Position numbers and translations under genes: made by a program. A stretch of 64,000 nucleotides of DNA from an uncultured bacterium (GTDB taxonomy: Bacteria; Fidelibacterota; Marinisomatia; Marinisomatales; UBA1611): the NCBI GenBank assembly GCA_943788175.1, contig CALSPG010000006.1, positions 192,001 to 256,000 of the forward strand, read 5' to 3'. Below the pieces are notes generated by a model. The model worked only from the letters and a program-made list of their open reading frames with translations. It did not search any database and was not told the origin of the DNA. Below are positions 31,740 to 42,011 of this stretch, one piece after another. Within the stretch, counting starts at the first letter, position 1, and every line of letters begins with the position of its first letter.

Positions 31740-32807
31740 TTAAATATTGTTGAAAAATAAATCAGATAGACATTGAATCTTGTCCTCATAAGAATGAGGG
31801 TATAGAAACCATTCTGTTGCGGAAATACTGCTTAATATTGAGTTTCCATCCTGAGGTGTAAAGCAAAACCCCGTAATTTCATTTCCATTCCTAATGTTCA
31901 AAGACTGTTCGACAATGACTGTTTGATTTAATATCCGACCATAATGCCCATGGTCTCTGCCAAAAGAAAAAACAGAACTAGTCATGTTTTTGGTTGTCAT
32001 TGCAACCAAAGGATTTTTGGTCAATCTATCCTTTAAATCATCGATGTGCATCGAACCATTTATAATCATCTTAAAATGCAAAATATGCATGTACTGACTA
32101 TTTACTTTCATGGCCGAGGAAAATAAATTTAAATTTTCTCCAATAGTTTCAAATAAACTTGAAGCATCTTTTGCATGATGCGTACCAAACTTTTCGTCAT
32201 TATGGATTCCAACTTGAGGGGCAGGGATAAAGCCATTTTCTTGACTTAAATCATTCGCACGCCTTATACACAAAAAATCTCCTTTAACTAAATCATTAGA
32301 ATCATCACTAGTAAACGCTATTGTTTTAGTCAAACATGAAATATTATGAGTGTTACAGCTAACAACTTGTAAAAATTTGTCATCAGACTTTAAAGCCTTA
32401 TCATTAATTCCCCTTGCATATTTTTTACCAAATCCATCTTCGCTACCTTGAGCAATAAATCCTTTAACATGGTTTGAAAATTTTTGATAATATTTTGCCT
32501 TATTATTATGGCCAATTCCACTTGGTGTGCAATCAATTACAACAGAAGCTCTTTCTATTGCATCCTCAGTTCTCAAATCAGAATCAATTTTAAGTTTTTT
32601 AAATTGATTCTCCTTACCATCGTCAACGGCAAGCCGAGCACCTCTTTTTAATAAATCTAGAACTTTAGATTTATCAATCTTCGAAGCTGAATTTTTATGA
32701 AATGTTACTTCATCTATACCTAACTGACCTTGATAATCACAAAGCAACCCAATTAAAGGTTCTCCTATAGTACCAGTACCAACGATATGAACAATTTTTC
32801 TTTCCAT
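31740..32807 (-). CDS. Class II (archaeal-type) glyceraldehyde-3-phosphate dehydrogenase homologue
   Basis: GTGTIG Rossmann loop, VIDCTPSGIG, AQGSE, catalytic VVSCNT, IRRAND, THHAKD. Confidence 0.75.
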   Translation of the reverse strand: MERKIVHIVGTGTIGEPLIGLLCDYQGQLGIDEVTFHKNSASKIDKSKVLDLLKRGARLAVDDGKENQFKKLKIDSDLRTEDAIERASVVIDCTPSGIGHNNKAKYYQKFSNHVKGFIAQGSEDGFGKKYARGINDKALKSDDKFLQVVSCNTHNISCLTKTIAFTSDDSNDLVKGDFLCIRRANDLSQENGFIPAPQVGIHNDEKFGTHHAKDASSLFETIGENLNLFSSAMKVNSQYMHILHFKMIINGSMHIDDLKDRLTKNPLVAMTTKNMTSSVFSFGRDHGHYGRILNQTVIVEQSLNIRNGNEITGFCFTPQDGNSILSSISATEWFLYPHSYEDKIQCLSDLFFNNI

Positions 32808-32842
32808 TATATTACCTAAACTTTAAAACCTTTTAATTATTT

Positions 32843-34495
32843 TTAAAAAACTGAATTCTCTGTCCACTCACCAAACTCTAATTTCATTGCTTCAACTATT
32901 TCACCCATTGTACAATAATTTTTTGCTGCATCTATAATAGGAGGAACTAGGTTGTCTCCATTTTTACATGCTTTTGTAATACTATCAAGCAAGTTACTAG
33001 CGAGCGTACTATCTCTGCTGCTTTTAATTTGAATTAATCTTTCCATCTGATTTTTTTCCGCTCTAGTATCAATTTCTAAAATCGGGATATCTATATCTTC
33101 ATTCTCATTTATGAAATCGTTTACACCTACTACAACTCTTTCATTTTTATCTACGTTATTTTGAAAATTAGAAGCAGATTTTCCTATTTCTCTTTGTTGA
33201 TAACCATTTTCAATGGCAGATATAACACCTCCCATATCATCTATCTCTTTAAAATATTCCTCTGCTTTATTTTCCATCTCATCGGTCAACTTTTCAATAA
33301 ACCAAGAACCTCCTAGCGGATCAACAACATTTGCGACACCTGTTTCATAGGCAATCAATTGCTGGGTTCTTAAGGCAATTTCTGCTGCTTTCTCCGATGG
33401 AAGAGCAAGCGTCTCATCCATTGAGTTTGTATGAAGACTTTGCGTGCCGCCTAAAACAGCAGCCATTGCTTGAAAGCTAGTCCTAGCAATGTTTATCTCT
33501 GGTTGTTGAGCAGTTAAACTGCAACCTGCCGTTTGGGTGTGGAATCTTAGCATCATAGATTTTTCATTTTTTGCACCATATTTGTATTTCAATTTTTTCG
33601 CCCAAATCCTTCTAGCAGCGCGATACTTTGCTATTTCCTCAAAAAAGTCAGAATGAGAATTAAAGAAGAAGGAAATTCTTGGTGCAAAACTATCGATATC
33701 TAACCCCGCATTCAATCCATGCTCAATATATGTAAAACCATCTGATAGTGTAAATGCAAGTTCCTGAGCAGCTGTTGAGCCTGCTTCTCGTATGTGATAG
33801 CCACTTACCGAAATTGTATTATACAGTGGCATTTCAGAAGTACAATAACTTAACATATCCGTTATGATTCTCATTGAATGATCTGGTGGGAAAATCCACT
33901 CTTTTTGTGCAATGAATTCTTTTAAAATATCATTTTGAAGAGTCCCTTTTAAATTTTTGGCGTTTACACCTTGTCTTTCAGCCACTGCAATATAAAAAGC
34001 TAATAAAATAATTGCTGGACCATTGATAGTCTGAGAAACAGAAACCTCACCTAAATTAATGCCACTAAATAATGATTCCATATCACCAATATGGAAAACA
34101 CTTACACCACACTTTCCGACTTCTCCTAACGATAAGGAGTGATCAGGGTCATAGCCCATTAAAGTAGGCATATCATAGGCAACGGATAAACCAGTTTGCC
34201 CTTTTTCTAGTAATAATTTAAATCTTCTATTAGTCTCCTCAGGAGTCCCAAATCCAGCAAACTGCCTCATAGTCCATAATTTCCCCCTATACAAGTTGGG
34301 ATGTATTCCTCTAGTGAATGGGAATTGACCTGGAACACCAGATTTTGTAAGGTATTCTTGATCTATATTTTCAGGAAAATAACAGACGTCTAAATGGTGA
34401 CCACTAAGTGTATCAAAAGAGGAAGCTCTGGTTTTAGAATTGTTAACGTTATTTCGCCAACTAGATAGAAAATCGTTATCATTCGATGCACTCAT
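32843..34495 (-). CDS. B12-dependent acyl-CoA mutase large subunit, isobutyryl-CoA mutase (IcmA)-type
   Basis: [53 protein letters not shown]; no B12-binding domain. Confidence 0.88.
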   Translation of the reverse strand: MSASNDNDFLSSWRNNVNNSKTRASSFDTLSGHHLDVCYFPENIDQEYLTKSGVPGQFPFTRGIHPNLYRGKLWTMRQFAGFGTPEETNRRFKLLLEKGQTGLSVAYDMPTLMGYDPDHSLSLGEVGKCGVSVFHIGDMESLFSGINLGEVSVSQTINGPAIILLAFYIAVAERQGVNAKNLKGTLQNDILKEFIAQKEWIFPPDHSMRIITDMLSYCTSEMPLYNTISVSGYHIREAGSTAAQELAFTLSDGFTYIEHGLNAGLDIDSFAPRISFFFNSHSDFFEEIAKYRAARRIWAKKLKYKYGAKNEKSMMLRFHTQTAGCSLTAQQPEINIARTSFQAMAAVLGGTQSLHTNSMDETLALPSEKAAEIALRTQQLIAYETGVANVVDPLGGSWFIEKLTDEMENKAEEYFKEIDDMGGVISAIENGYQQREIGKSASNFQNNVDKNERVVVGVNDFINENEDIDIPILEIDTRAEKNQMERLIQIKSSRDSTLASNLLDSITKACKNGDNLVPPIIDAAKNYCTMGEIVEAMKLEFGEWTENSVF

Positions 34496-34507
34496 GAAAT
34501 AATTTTC

Positions 34508-36409
34508 CTATTGTGGCTTTTTGACCTCATCAAAAAGCTCTAAGATTGTATTGTTTATGCCTGATTCATCAAGAGATAACTGTTTTAATATTTGAACTCT
34601 ACTACCATGCTGGACATAAGAATCTGGAAGACCGCACCTTTTTAATTCTCCTTGATATCCGTTCTCAAGCAAAAATGAACTAACCCCTTCACCAAAGCCA
34701 CCTTCGATTACACCCTCTTCAATAGTAATGACCTTGGTAAAAGCTCTAGAAATGATTGTCTTTAGATACTTATGGTCCATAGGTTTTATAAATCTGCAAT
34801 TAACAACTTCAACCGAGATGCCTTTTTGTTCAAGCTCAGACGCAACTTTTAAGGCAGTATAAACCATGGGCCCTACTGCAAGGATTATTAAATCCAAACC
34901 CTTTTTTTCTACTTCCCAGGACCCTATGGGCAAGAGTTTTGCCTGTCCATCCTTTTCAAATTTGACTGAACTACATTTTGGATAACGTATCCCAACTGGG
35001 CCATTGTGATTTAAAGCAGTATAAAGCAAATCTCTAAATTCATCACCATTTTTCGGAGCAAATAACATCATCCCTTGAATACAACGAAAATAAGAAATAT
35101 CGAGAGCTCCATGGTGCGTAGGGCCATCTTCTCCAGCAATACCTGATCTATCCATGCAAAAAATTACAGGCAAGCCCTGAACGCAAACATCATGTACGAT
35201 GTGATCAAAGGCCCTTTGAAGAAAAGTAGAATAGATTGCTACGATTGGACGTATACCTTGTGTTGCTAGTCCAGCTGAAAAAGTAACTGCGTGCCCCTCT
35301 GCAATACCCACATCATAGTATCTATCTGTAAACTTTTTTTCATAGGGAACCAATCCAGTACCTTCTCTCATCGCTGCTGTAATACAAACAGTATCTTTAC
35401 GATTCTCTGCAACCTCACATGCAAGATGCCCAAAAACATCTTGAAATGAAGGAGCACTTAATTCTTCTTTTGGTTTCGCAACTTTACCATTTGCACTACC
35501 ATTTGCTTTCACACCATGATATTTAACTGGATCATCCTCAGCGACAGACATCCCTTTACCTTTTTTTGTTAACACGTGTAGTAAAACAGGTTGGTCTAAA
35601 TCTTTAATCATTTCTAATGTTTTAATTACTTCGTTTAAATCATGACCATCAATAGGACCAAAATATCTAAATCCCATTTCTTCAAATAACATGCCAGGCA
35701 CGATTATATTTTTAATACTTTTATCTAGCCTACTTAAAAATGATTGGATTTTTCCCCTTGCAAGTGGAAGCTTTTTAGTAATGTCCCAAGCTTCTTTTTT
35801 AAGTTTGTTATATGTGGGATTTGATATAAGCCTAGTGAAATATTTACTTATAGCTCCAACATTAGGGCTAATCGACATTTCATTATCATTTAAAATAACT
35901 GTTATTTGCCTACCCAAATGCCCAGCATTATTTATTGCTTCAAATGCCAAGCCACCAGTCATAGCACCATCTCCAATTACTGAGACAACTTTATAATCTT
36001 GTTTTTTCTGAAATCTCGCTTCAGCCATTCCTAAAGCAGCAGATATTGCCGTAGAAGCATGGCCTGCTCCAAAAACGTCATAATCACTTTCACTTCTTTT
36101 TAAAAAACCGCTCAATCCTCCATACTGTCTGATACTTGGAAATTCTTCAAACCGGCCTGTCAAAAGCTTGTGGGCGTATGCCTGGTGTCCAACATCCCAG
36201 ACTAATTTATCTTCTGGCGTATCATAAACATAGTGAAGCGCAGTGGTTAACTCTATCACACCAAGCGTCGGAGCTAAGTGTCCGCCGATTTCAGTAATTG
36301 TATTTACAGTGTAATACCTTAACTCTTCACATAACGAGTGTAAAGCTTGGGCATCTAATTTTTTCAAATCTTTAGGCGATTGAATTTTTGGTAAATATTT
36401 AAGCTGCAT
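34508..36409 (-). CDS. dxs: 1-deoxy-D-xylulose-5-phosphate synthase
   Basis: WDVGHQAY, GDGAMTGG, NDNEMSI, GIAEGH, GEDGPTH; likely start MQLKYL. Confidence 0.97.
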   Translation of the reverse strand: MQLKYLPKIQSPKDLKKLDAQALHSLCEELRYYTVNTITEIGGHLAPTLGVIELTTALHYVYDTPEDKLVWDVGHQAYAHKLLTGRFEEFPSIRQYGGLSGFLKRSESDYDVFGAGHASTAISAALGMAEARFQKKQDYKVVSVIGDGAMTGGLAFEAINNAGHLGRQITVILNDNEMSISPNVGAISKYFTRLISNPTYNKLKKEAWDITKKLPLARGKIQSFLSRLDKSIKNIIVPGMLFEEMGFRYFGPIDGHDLNEVIKTLEMIKDLDQPVLLHVLTKKGKGMSVAEDDPVKYHGVKANGSANGKVAKPKEELSAPSFQDVFGHLACEVAENRKDTVCITAAMREGTGLVPYEKKFTDRYYDVGIAEGHAVTFSAGLATQGIRPIVAIYSTFLQRAFDHIVHDVCVQGLPVIFCMDRSGIAGEDGPTHHGALDISYFRCIQGMMLFAPKNGDEFRDLLYTALNHNGPVGIRYPKCSSVKFEKDGQAKLLPIGSWEVEKKGLDLIILAVGPMVYTALKVASELEQKGISVEVVNCRFIKPMDHKYLKTIISRAFTKVITIEEGVIEGGFGEGVSSFLLENGYQGELKRCGLPDSYVQHGSRVQILKQLSLDESGINNTILELFDEVKKPQ

Positions 36410-37013
36410 TAAAGTTCTCGAACTTATTAGAAAATAATTTACTGGAAGAGTCAAATAACATTTCATGGAAAATTGAAATCCCATCTAATTCAGGATGAAA
36501 AGATAGGCCTATATGCTTCCCATCAAATACAGCAACGGGTGTATTGTTAATTTTGCCCATAGAAATAACTTTTTTACCCATACTAGTAATTTTCGGGGCT
36601 CTTATTAAAGTGCCTTTTATATCAATAGAAGCTTGAGGATTAGGATGAATTTCTATATGTTTTTTTTCAGACATTATTTGGCGACCGTACGCGTTTCTAT
36701 TAACAACGATATCAAGTATACCAAGAGGTTTAACTTTTACATCATTTTCTATCTTTTTAGACATTAAAATTAGCCCTGCACATGTACCCAAGACCGGTTT
36801 TTCTTCAGAAAAATCTAATATTGAATTTCGAAGATTAAAAGAGTCAATTAATAAAGACATTGTCGTTGACTCTCCACCTGGAATAATGAGACCATCTAAG
36901 CAATCAAAGTCATCAAGACATTTTACACCTTTTGAACCAATACCTAAATCATAAAGGACTTTATGGTGCAATTCGAAATTACCTTGCAGTTCAAGGACAC
37001 CAATTTTTATCAC
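36399..37013 (-). CDS. pdxT: PLP synthase glutaminase subunit
   Basis: [25 protein letters not shown]. Confidence 0.95.
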   Translation of the reverse strand: MIKIGVLELQGNFELHHKVLYDLGIGSKGVKCLDDFDCLDGLIIPGGESTTMSLLIDSFNLRNSILDFSEEKPVLGTCAGLILMSKKIENDVKVKPLGILDIVVNRNAYGRQIMSEKKHIEIHPNPQASIDIKGTLIRAPKITSMGKKVISMGKINNTPVAVFDGKHIGLSFHPELDGISIFHEMLFDSSSKLFSNKFENFNAA

Positions 37014-37891
37014 CAGCCTCGTTCCTGCAGTCTTTCACCCTCAGGAATTTCTGCCATATCTAGACCTTTCATTGCTGATTTAAGCCCAGTACTAGCCTTC
37101 ATAACTTTTTTAGCATTATTAAAATTAGTTGTAGCCTCTACAACTGCTTTTCCACGAGCTTCAGGATCTTGGCTCTTAAAAATACCTGACCCAACAAATA
37201 CAGTTTCAGCACCTAGCTGCATCATCAATGCTGCATCTGCTGGTGTTGCAATACCACCTGCAGCAAAATTAGGAACTGGTAATTTCCCTGTCTCAGAAAC
37301 CTTTATAACTAAGTCAAGTGGCGCGCCCATATTTTTGGCTTCTGCAACAAGTTGCTCTCGACTTAGTGTCGTCAACCTGCTAATGTCATTCATAACTGTT
37401 CTCATGTGTCTGACAGCCTCAACAATATTACCGCTACCAGCTTCTCCTTTGGTTCTTATCAAAGCAGCGCCTTCTGCAATCCGTCTCAATGCTTCACCGA
37501 GGTTCCGGCAACCGCAAACAAATGGAACCTTAAAATCATGCTTCCAAACATGGTTGTGTTCATCCGCTGGCGTAAGAACCTCACTTTCATCAATAAAGTC
37601 TACTTCTAAAGCTTCTAAAACCTGGGCTTCCGCAAAATGACCAATTCGACATTTTGCCATTACAGGTATTGTAACTGCTTTTTGAATCTCTTTTATCATT
37701 TGAGGATCACTCATTCTAGCTATTCCTCCATCCTTACGGATATCTGAAGGAATTCTTTCTAATGCCATTACAGCGCATGCTCCAGCAGATTCAGCTATTA
37801 CCGCCTCTTCTACATTAGTTACATCCATTATAACACCGCCTTTAAGCATTTCCGCTAAACCTACTTTTATATCAAATTGATTATCACTCAT
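37010..37891 (-). CDS. pdxS: PLP synthase lyase subunit
   Basis: [31 protein letters not shown]. Confidence 0.98.
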   Translation of the reverse strand: MSDNQFDIKVGLAEMLKGGVIMDVTNVEEAVIAESAGACAVMALERIPSDIRKDGGIARMSDPQMIKEIQKAVTIPVMAKCRIGHFAEAQVLEALEVDFIDESEVLTPADEHNHVWKHDFKVPFVCGCRNLGEALRRIAEGAALIRTKGEAGSGNIVEAVRHMRTVMNDISRLTTLSREQLVAEAKNMGAPLDLVIKVSETGKLPVPNFAAGGIATPADAALMMQLGAETVFVGSGIFKSQDPEARGKAVVEATTNFNNAKKVMKASTGLKSAMKGLDMAEIPEGERLQERGW

Positions 37892-38748
37892 AAATTTCTT
37901 CCTTTACTTTAATTTTTGAAAATAATTTAACTTTACTAATAACATCTGCTATAAGATCATCAGGTGTCGAAGCACCTGCTGATATGCCCACACTTCCAAT
38001 ATTAGTAAACCAAGACTTTTTAACTTCATCCGCGCATGTCACTTGAAAGGAGTTTTCATTCCTGGCCAATAGATAATTGAGTAAGCCTTTTTGAATTGGC
38101 ACTTGTGTATGAACCAATCACAACCATCAAGTCACAAATATCAGCAAGTTTTTTAATTTGCTCATGATTTCTACGCGTTGGGTAACAAATAGTATTCACA
38201 AATCTTAAATCATATACTTTTTCAGATAATACGGTGAGTATTTCTTGAACATTCTCAATCATTTGAGTCGACTGAGTAACCACGCCCGCTTTTTTCATTT
38301 TTTTTAAGGAACGAGCCTCTTCTGGACTTGAGATAATAATCGCATTCTTTACCTGAGAAGCAATACCAACAACTTCATCATGATTATGATCTCCAATTAT
38401 AATAGTCCTTCTTCCTTCTTCTTCTAAACTTTTTATTTCTTCATGAATTTCTGTAACCAATGGACATGTCGCATCAATAATATTAAGTTTCTTTTTTTGA
38501 GCTGCTTTCCACGTTTCAGGATCCGTACCATGAGCACGAAATAGAACTGGTTTATCTTTTGGGATTTCGTCCAGATTTTTTACAACTTTTGAACCTTTTT
38601 TACTTAAATCGCTGACGACCTGTTCATTATGTACAATATCTCCAAGCATATACACTTCTTTGTAATCAGTTCCACTTTTTTTTGCAAGTTTAACAGCATC
38701 TCTTACACCAAAACAATATCCCGCGTCTTTAGCTACTAATATTTTCAT
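37884..38748 (-). CDS. ispH: HMBPP reductase, split by one extra base near 38070
   Basis: GYCFGV, DATCP, NTICYPT, SANS; the second frame supplies [11 protein letters not shown]. Confidence 0.92.
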
Positions 38749-38751
38749 TAA

Positions 38752-39771
38752 TTAAGCATCCAATTGATCTTGAATCATTTTTTTTGTTTTATTTATTATC
38801 GTACTTTTTGCAATCTCAATAGGTTCATGAAGAACTGCCCCCGATGCAAAGGCATGTCCTCCACCGTTAAAGAATTTTGCTATAGTATTTACTATTATAT
38901 TACCCTTAGAACGGAAATTCATTCTACATAGATTTTCATCTATTTCAAAAATCATTAATGCTGCCTCAACGCCACTTATAGAGCGAATGAAATCTGGAAA
39001 ACCTTCTAAGTCCTCTTTAGAAGCATGATGCTTGTTCATTATATCATTTGTGATAAAGGACCAAGCAAATTTCCCATCCAGTTCATAAGATATATTAGAA
39101 ATCATTTCAGCTAAAACACTAACACGCTTTCTAGAACTATTTTCATAAATCTTTTGATATATATAGTTAGTATTTACTCCATTATCTAAGCATTCAATGG
39201 CAATTGAATGGCAATATGTATCCGTATTACTATATTTAAAACAACCCGTATCAGTCATCACAGCTACATATATGCCATCGCATATCTTTTTGTTTAGAGG
39301 AGTTGTTCTTGCACTACTAAGGTAGCTTCTTACCATGCAACCCGTAGCTGCTGATTTGATATCAACAATATTATATTCAAAACCATGATCATCAGGATGT
39401 GGATGATGATCTATATTCATCACAGGGATATTAAATTTATCTGCAACAATTTTTATATCTCTAGTGCGACTAAAATTGCCAACATCAAAAACTATAATAA
39501 TTTCACAATCTTTAATCCATTCAATATGGGTGTTCTCATTAAAGGTTTCAATGCAATTATCCAGATTTATAAAATCAAACATATCTGGTGTAGGAGAACA
39601 ATTAATTATTCTTACATCCTTACCGTTTTCAATTAGATGATGATACATAGCTACTTCGGATCCTAAACCATCACCATCTGGATTTTCATGAGTCGTTAAT
39701 AATATTTTATTTTTTGAACTAATGATTTCATCAATTTTTGCCCAATTAATTTCTGAATTATTATAATTCAT
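38752..39771 (-). CDS. DHH/DHHA1 phosphoesterase (NrnA/DhhP-like)
   Basis: HENPDGD, IDHH, TDTG, GGGHAFASG. Confidence 0.92.
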   Translation of the reverse strand: MNYNNSEINWAKIDEIISSKNKILLTTHENPDGDGLGSEVAMYHHLIENGKDVRIINCSPTPDMFDFINLDNCIETFNENTHIEWIKDCEIIIVFDVGNFSRTRDIKIVADKFNIPVMNIDHHPHPDDHGFEYNIVDIKSAATGCMVRSYLSSARTTPLNKKICDGIYVAVMTDTGCFKYSNTDTYCHSIAIECLDNGVNTNYIYQKIYENSSRKRVSVLAEMISNISYELDGKFAWSFITNDIMNKHHASKEDLEGFPDFIRSISGVEAALMIFEIDENLCRMNFRSKGNIIVNTIAKFFNGGGHAFASGAVLHEPIEIAKSTIINKTKKMIQDQLDA

Positions 39772-40313
39772 TTATTTAATTCCCAATGCTCTTCTTCAAG
39801 GTTTTCAGATAACCCTACAGCCCTTGCCAGTAAAAATAAATAATCTGACAAACGGTTTAGATATTTTAGATGTAATGAATTCTTACCTTCGTCCTGCTGC
39901 ATCGCCACAAGACACCTTTCTGTATTTCTCGCGGTTGTTCTCAAAATATGTAATCTTGCATTAAATTCACTACCGCCAGGAAGAATAAACTCTTTTAAGG
40001 GTGGTAAATTTTTACTCATAACTTTAATTTTATCTTCGAGAAAAAAAATACGCTCTTCTTTTAATAATTTAGATTTACCATCTGGCAAAGAAATATCTCC
40101 ACTAATATTAAAAATATCTTGCTGAATTGATTTTAAGTCTTTCGAATATTTTTTACTTGAACTAGAAACCTCAGCCCAACCTATAACCGCGTTCAGGTTG
40201 TCTAATTCACCTAAAGTATCAATTATGACATGATTTTTTTTAACACGTTTGCCATCGCCTAAACTAGTTTTTCCATCGTCACCAGTTTTTGTTGTTACTT
40301 TTGTAATTCTCAT
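39768..40313 (-). CDS. PduO-type ATP:cob(I)alamin adenosyltransferase
   Basis: TKTGDDGKT, FILPGG, RTTARNTER, YLNRLSDYLF; likely start MRITKV. Confidence 0.93.
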   Translation of the reverse strand: MRITKVTTKTGDDGKTSLGDGKRVKKNHVIIDTLGELDNLNAVIGWAEVSSSSKKYSKDLKSIQQDIFNISGDISLPDGKSKLLKEERIFFLEDKIKVMSKNLPPLKEFILPGGSEFNARLHILRTTARNTERCLVAMQQDEGKNSLHLKYLNRLSDYLFLLARAVGLSENLEEEHWELNK

Positions 40314-41740
40314 TAGAAGAAAATCCAACTAATAATTACAAAAAGAGGCACTAAAAATGGAATTGCCCATTTAAAGAGGTATCCAAAAAAACTTGGCATT
40401 TCAATGCCTGAAGATTCAGAGATTGATTTAACCATAAAATTTGGCGCATTACCAATATAAGTATTTGCACCCATAAATACTGCACCAGCAGAAATAGCTA
40501 AAAGGGTATTCCTAAGCTCACCCATTAACAAAATAGGATCTCCGCCAGCTGTATTAAAAAATACTAGATATGTTGGAGCATTATCTAAGAAACTTGATAA
40601 AACTCCGGTATACCAAAAGTACATGATATTTACTGGCCCATCATCATTTGTAACCGAATTAATAATTCCAGAAAGGGCACCATCTGTGCCTGCTTTCAAG
40701 ATAGCAATTGCCGGAATTATTGTTACAAATATACCAGCAAATAGCTTCGCTACCTCAACAATAGGAAACCAGGTATATTCATTATCCTTACGAATTTGTT
40801 TCGAAGTATAGGTCCAACTAACATAGGTTAATATTAAAAGTAAAATATCTCTAGTTATATTTTGTAACTCAAGATGAACACCGGAATAAACTTCAAAACT
40901 AATATGAGGTTTCCAAAAGCCGCTGATCAGGACAGCCACAATAACACCAAGTATTAATCCTAAATTAAAAACACCTTCAACGCCTAATTTAATTTTTTCT
41001 TTCGTTGGAGCAGAAGTAATACCTTCTTTTTTAAGATAATATGAATCAAGAAAATAAAAAATTATTGAAAGTGCAATTATCATAGTTAGCATAGGAAGAA
41101 ACATTGCAGACGTGGTCCAAAAGAAGTCAACTCCTTTTAAAAAACCTAGAAACAGAGGTGGATCACCTAGTGGGGTCAAAGAACCTCCTATATTAGCAAC
41201 AAGAAATATAAAAAAGACTACTACATGGACATTGTTTTTACGATGTTTATTTGCATTTATTAATGGCCTAATAAGTAACATAGCCGCACCAGTAGTACCC
41301 ATCCAGCTAGCTAAAAATGTACCTATTAAAATTATTGCAAGATTTACTAGGGGAGTTCCAACTAAAGCACCTGTTAATCTAACTCCTCCTGATATTGTAA
41401 ATAGCGCTAACAACAAAATTATAAAAGGAACATACTCCAATAATCCTACATGCAATATCTCATACACCGCTACAGCAGCACCCTCTTTAATAACAAAAGG
41501 AACAATAAGTATGGAGGCCCAAAATAAAGATATTTTACCAAAGTTATGATGCCAAAACTCTGGAAGAACTAAAGGGAAAATGGCAATCGACAATAAGATA
41601 CCAGCAAATGGAATCACCCAAATAATTCCCATATTTGAAAGACTACCATCTAGATGATAATCACCACCATGACCACCTCCAGCGGCCAAACATATTATTG
41701 GAGTAAAAACGTATATTAGAAGCATCATCTTTTTTAACAT
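40313..41740 (-). CDS. Ion-transporter (IT/NhaD-like) superfamily protein, putative Na+/H+ antiporter or carboxylate transporter
   Basis: ANIGGSLTPLGDPPLFLG, SSFLDNAPTY, TYIGNAPN; about 12 TM helices. Confidence 0.78.
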   Translation of the reverse strand: MLKKMMLLIYVFTPIICLAAGGGHGGDYHLDGSLSNMGIIWVIPFAGILLSIAIFPLVLPEFWHHNFGKISLFWASILIVPFVIKEGAAVAVYEILHVGLLEYVPFIILLLALFTISGGVRLTGALVGTPLVNLAIILIGTFLASWMGTTGAAMLLIRPLINANKHRKNNVHVVVFFIFLVANIGGSLTPLGDPPLFLGFLKGVDFFWTTSAMFLPMLTMIIALSIIFYFLDSYYLKKEGITSAPTKEKIKLGVEGVFNLGLILGVIVAVLISGFWKPHISFEVYSGVHLELQNITRDILLLILTYVSWTYTSKQIRKDNEYTWFPIVEVAKLFAGIFVTIIPAIAILKAGTDGALSGIINSVTNDDGPVNIMYFWYTGVLSSFLDNAPTYLVFFNTAGGDPILLMGELRNTLLAISAGAVFMGANTYIGNAPNFMVKSISESSGIEMPSFFGYLFKWAIPFLVPLFVIISWIFF

Positions 41741-41832
41741 GAAAAAACCTTTATTTGAATTTTATAATAATATTCAATTTACATAATTTTCAATATGATA
41801 AGTAATAGCGTTACTTTCGTAAATTATTTAAT

Positions 41833-42009
41833 ATGGAATCAATATATATATCAATATTTGTATTAGGAATTGCCATTTTAGGTTTATCTATTGGTGTCAT
41901 TTTTAATGATAAACCAATCCAAGGAAGTTGTGGAGGCATAGGTGCAGACGAAGCGTGTACGATTTGTGGTGGTGATACAGAAAAATGTGAAACTATTGAA
42001 AGCGCTTAA
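41833..42009 (+). CDS. nqrM: Na+-NQR maturation factor NqrM (DUF539), 58 aa; not in ORF track
   Basis: MESIYISIFVLGIAILGLSIGVIFNDKPIQGSCGGIGADEACTICGGDTEKCETIESA*: TM helix, GSCGG and four Cys; next to apbE. Confidence 0.88.
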   Translation: MESIYISIFVLGIAILGLSIGVIFNDKPIQGSCGGIGADEACTICGGDTEKCETIESA

Positions 42010-42011
42010 AT

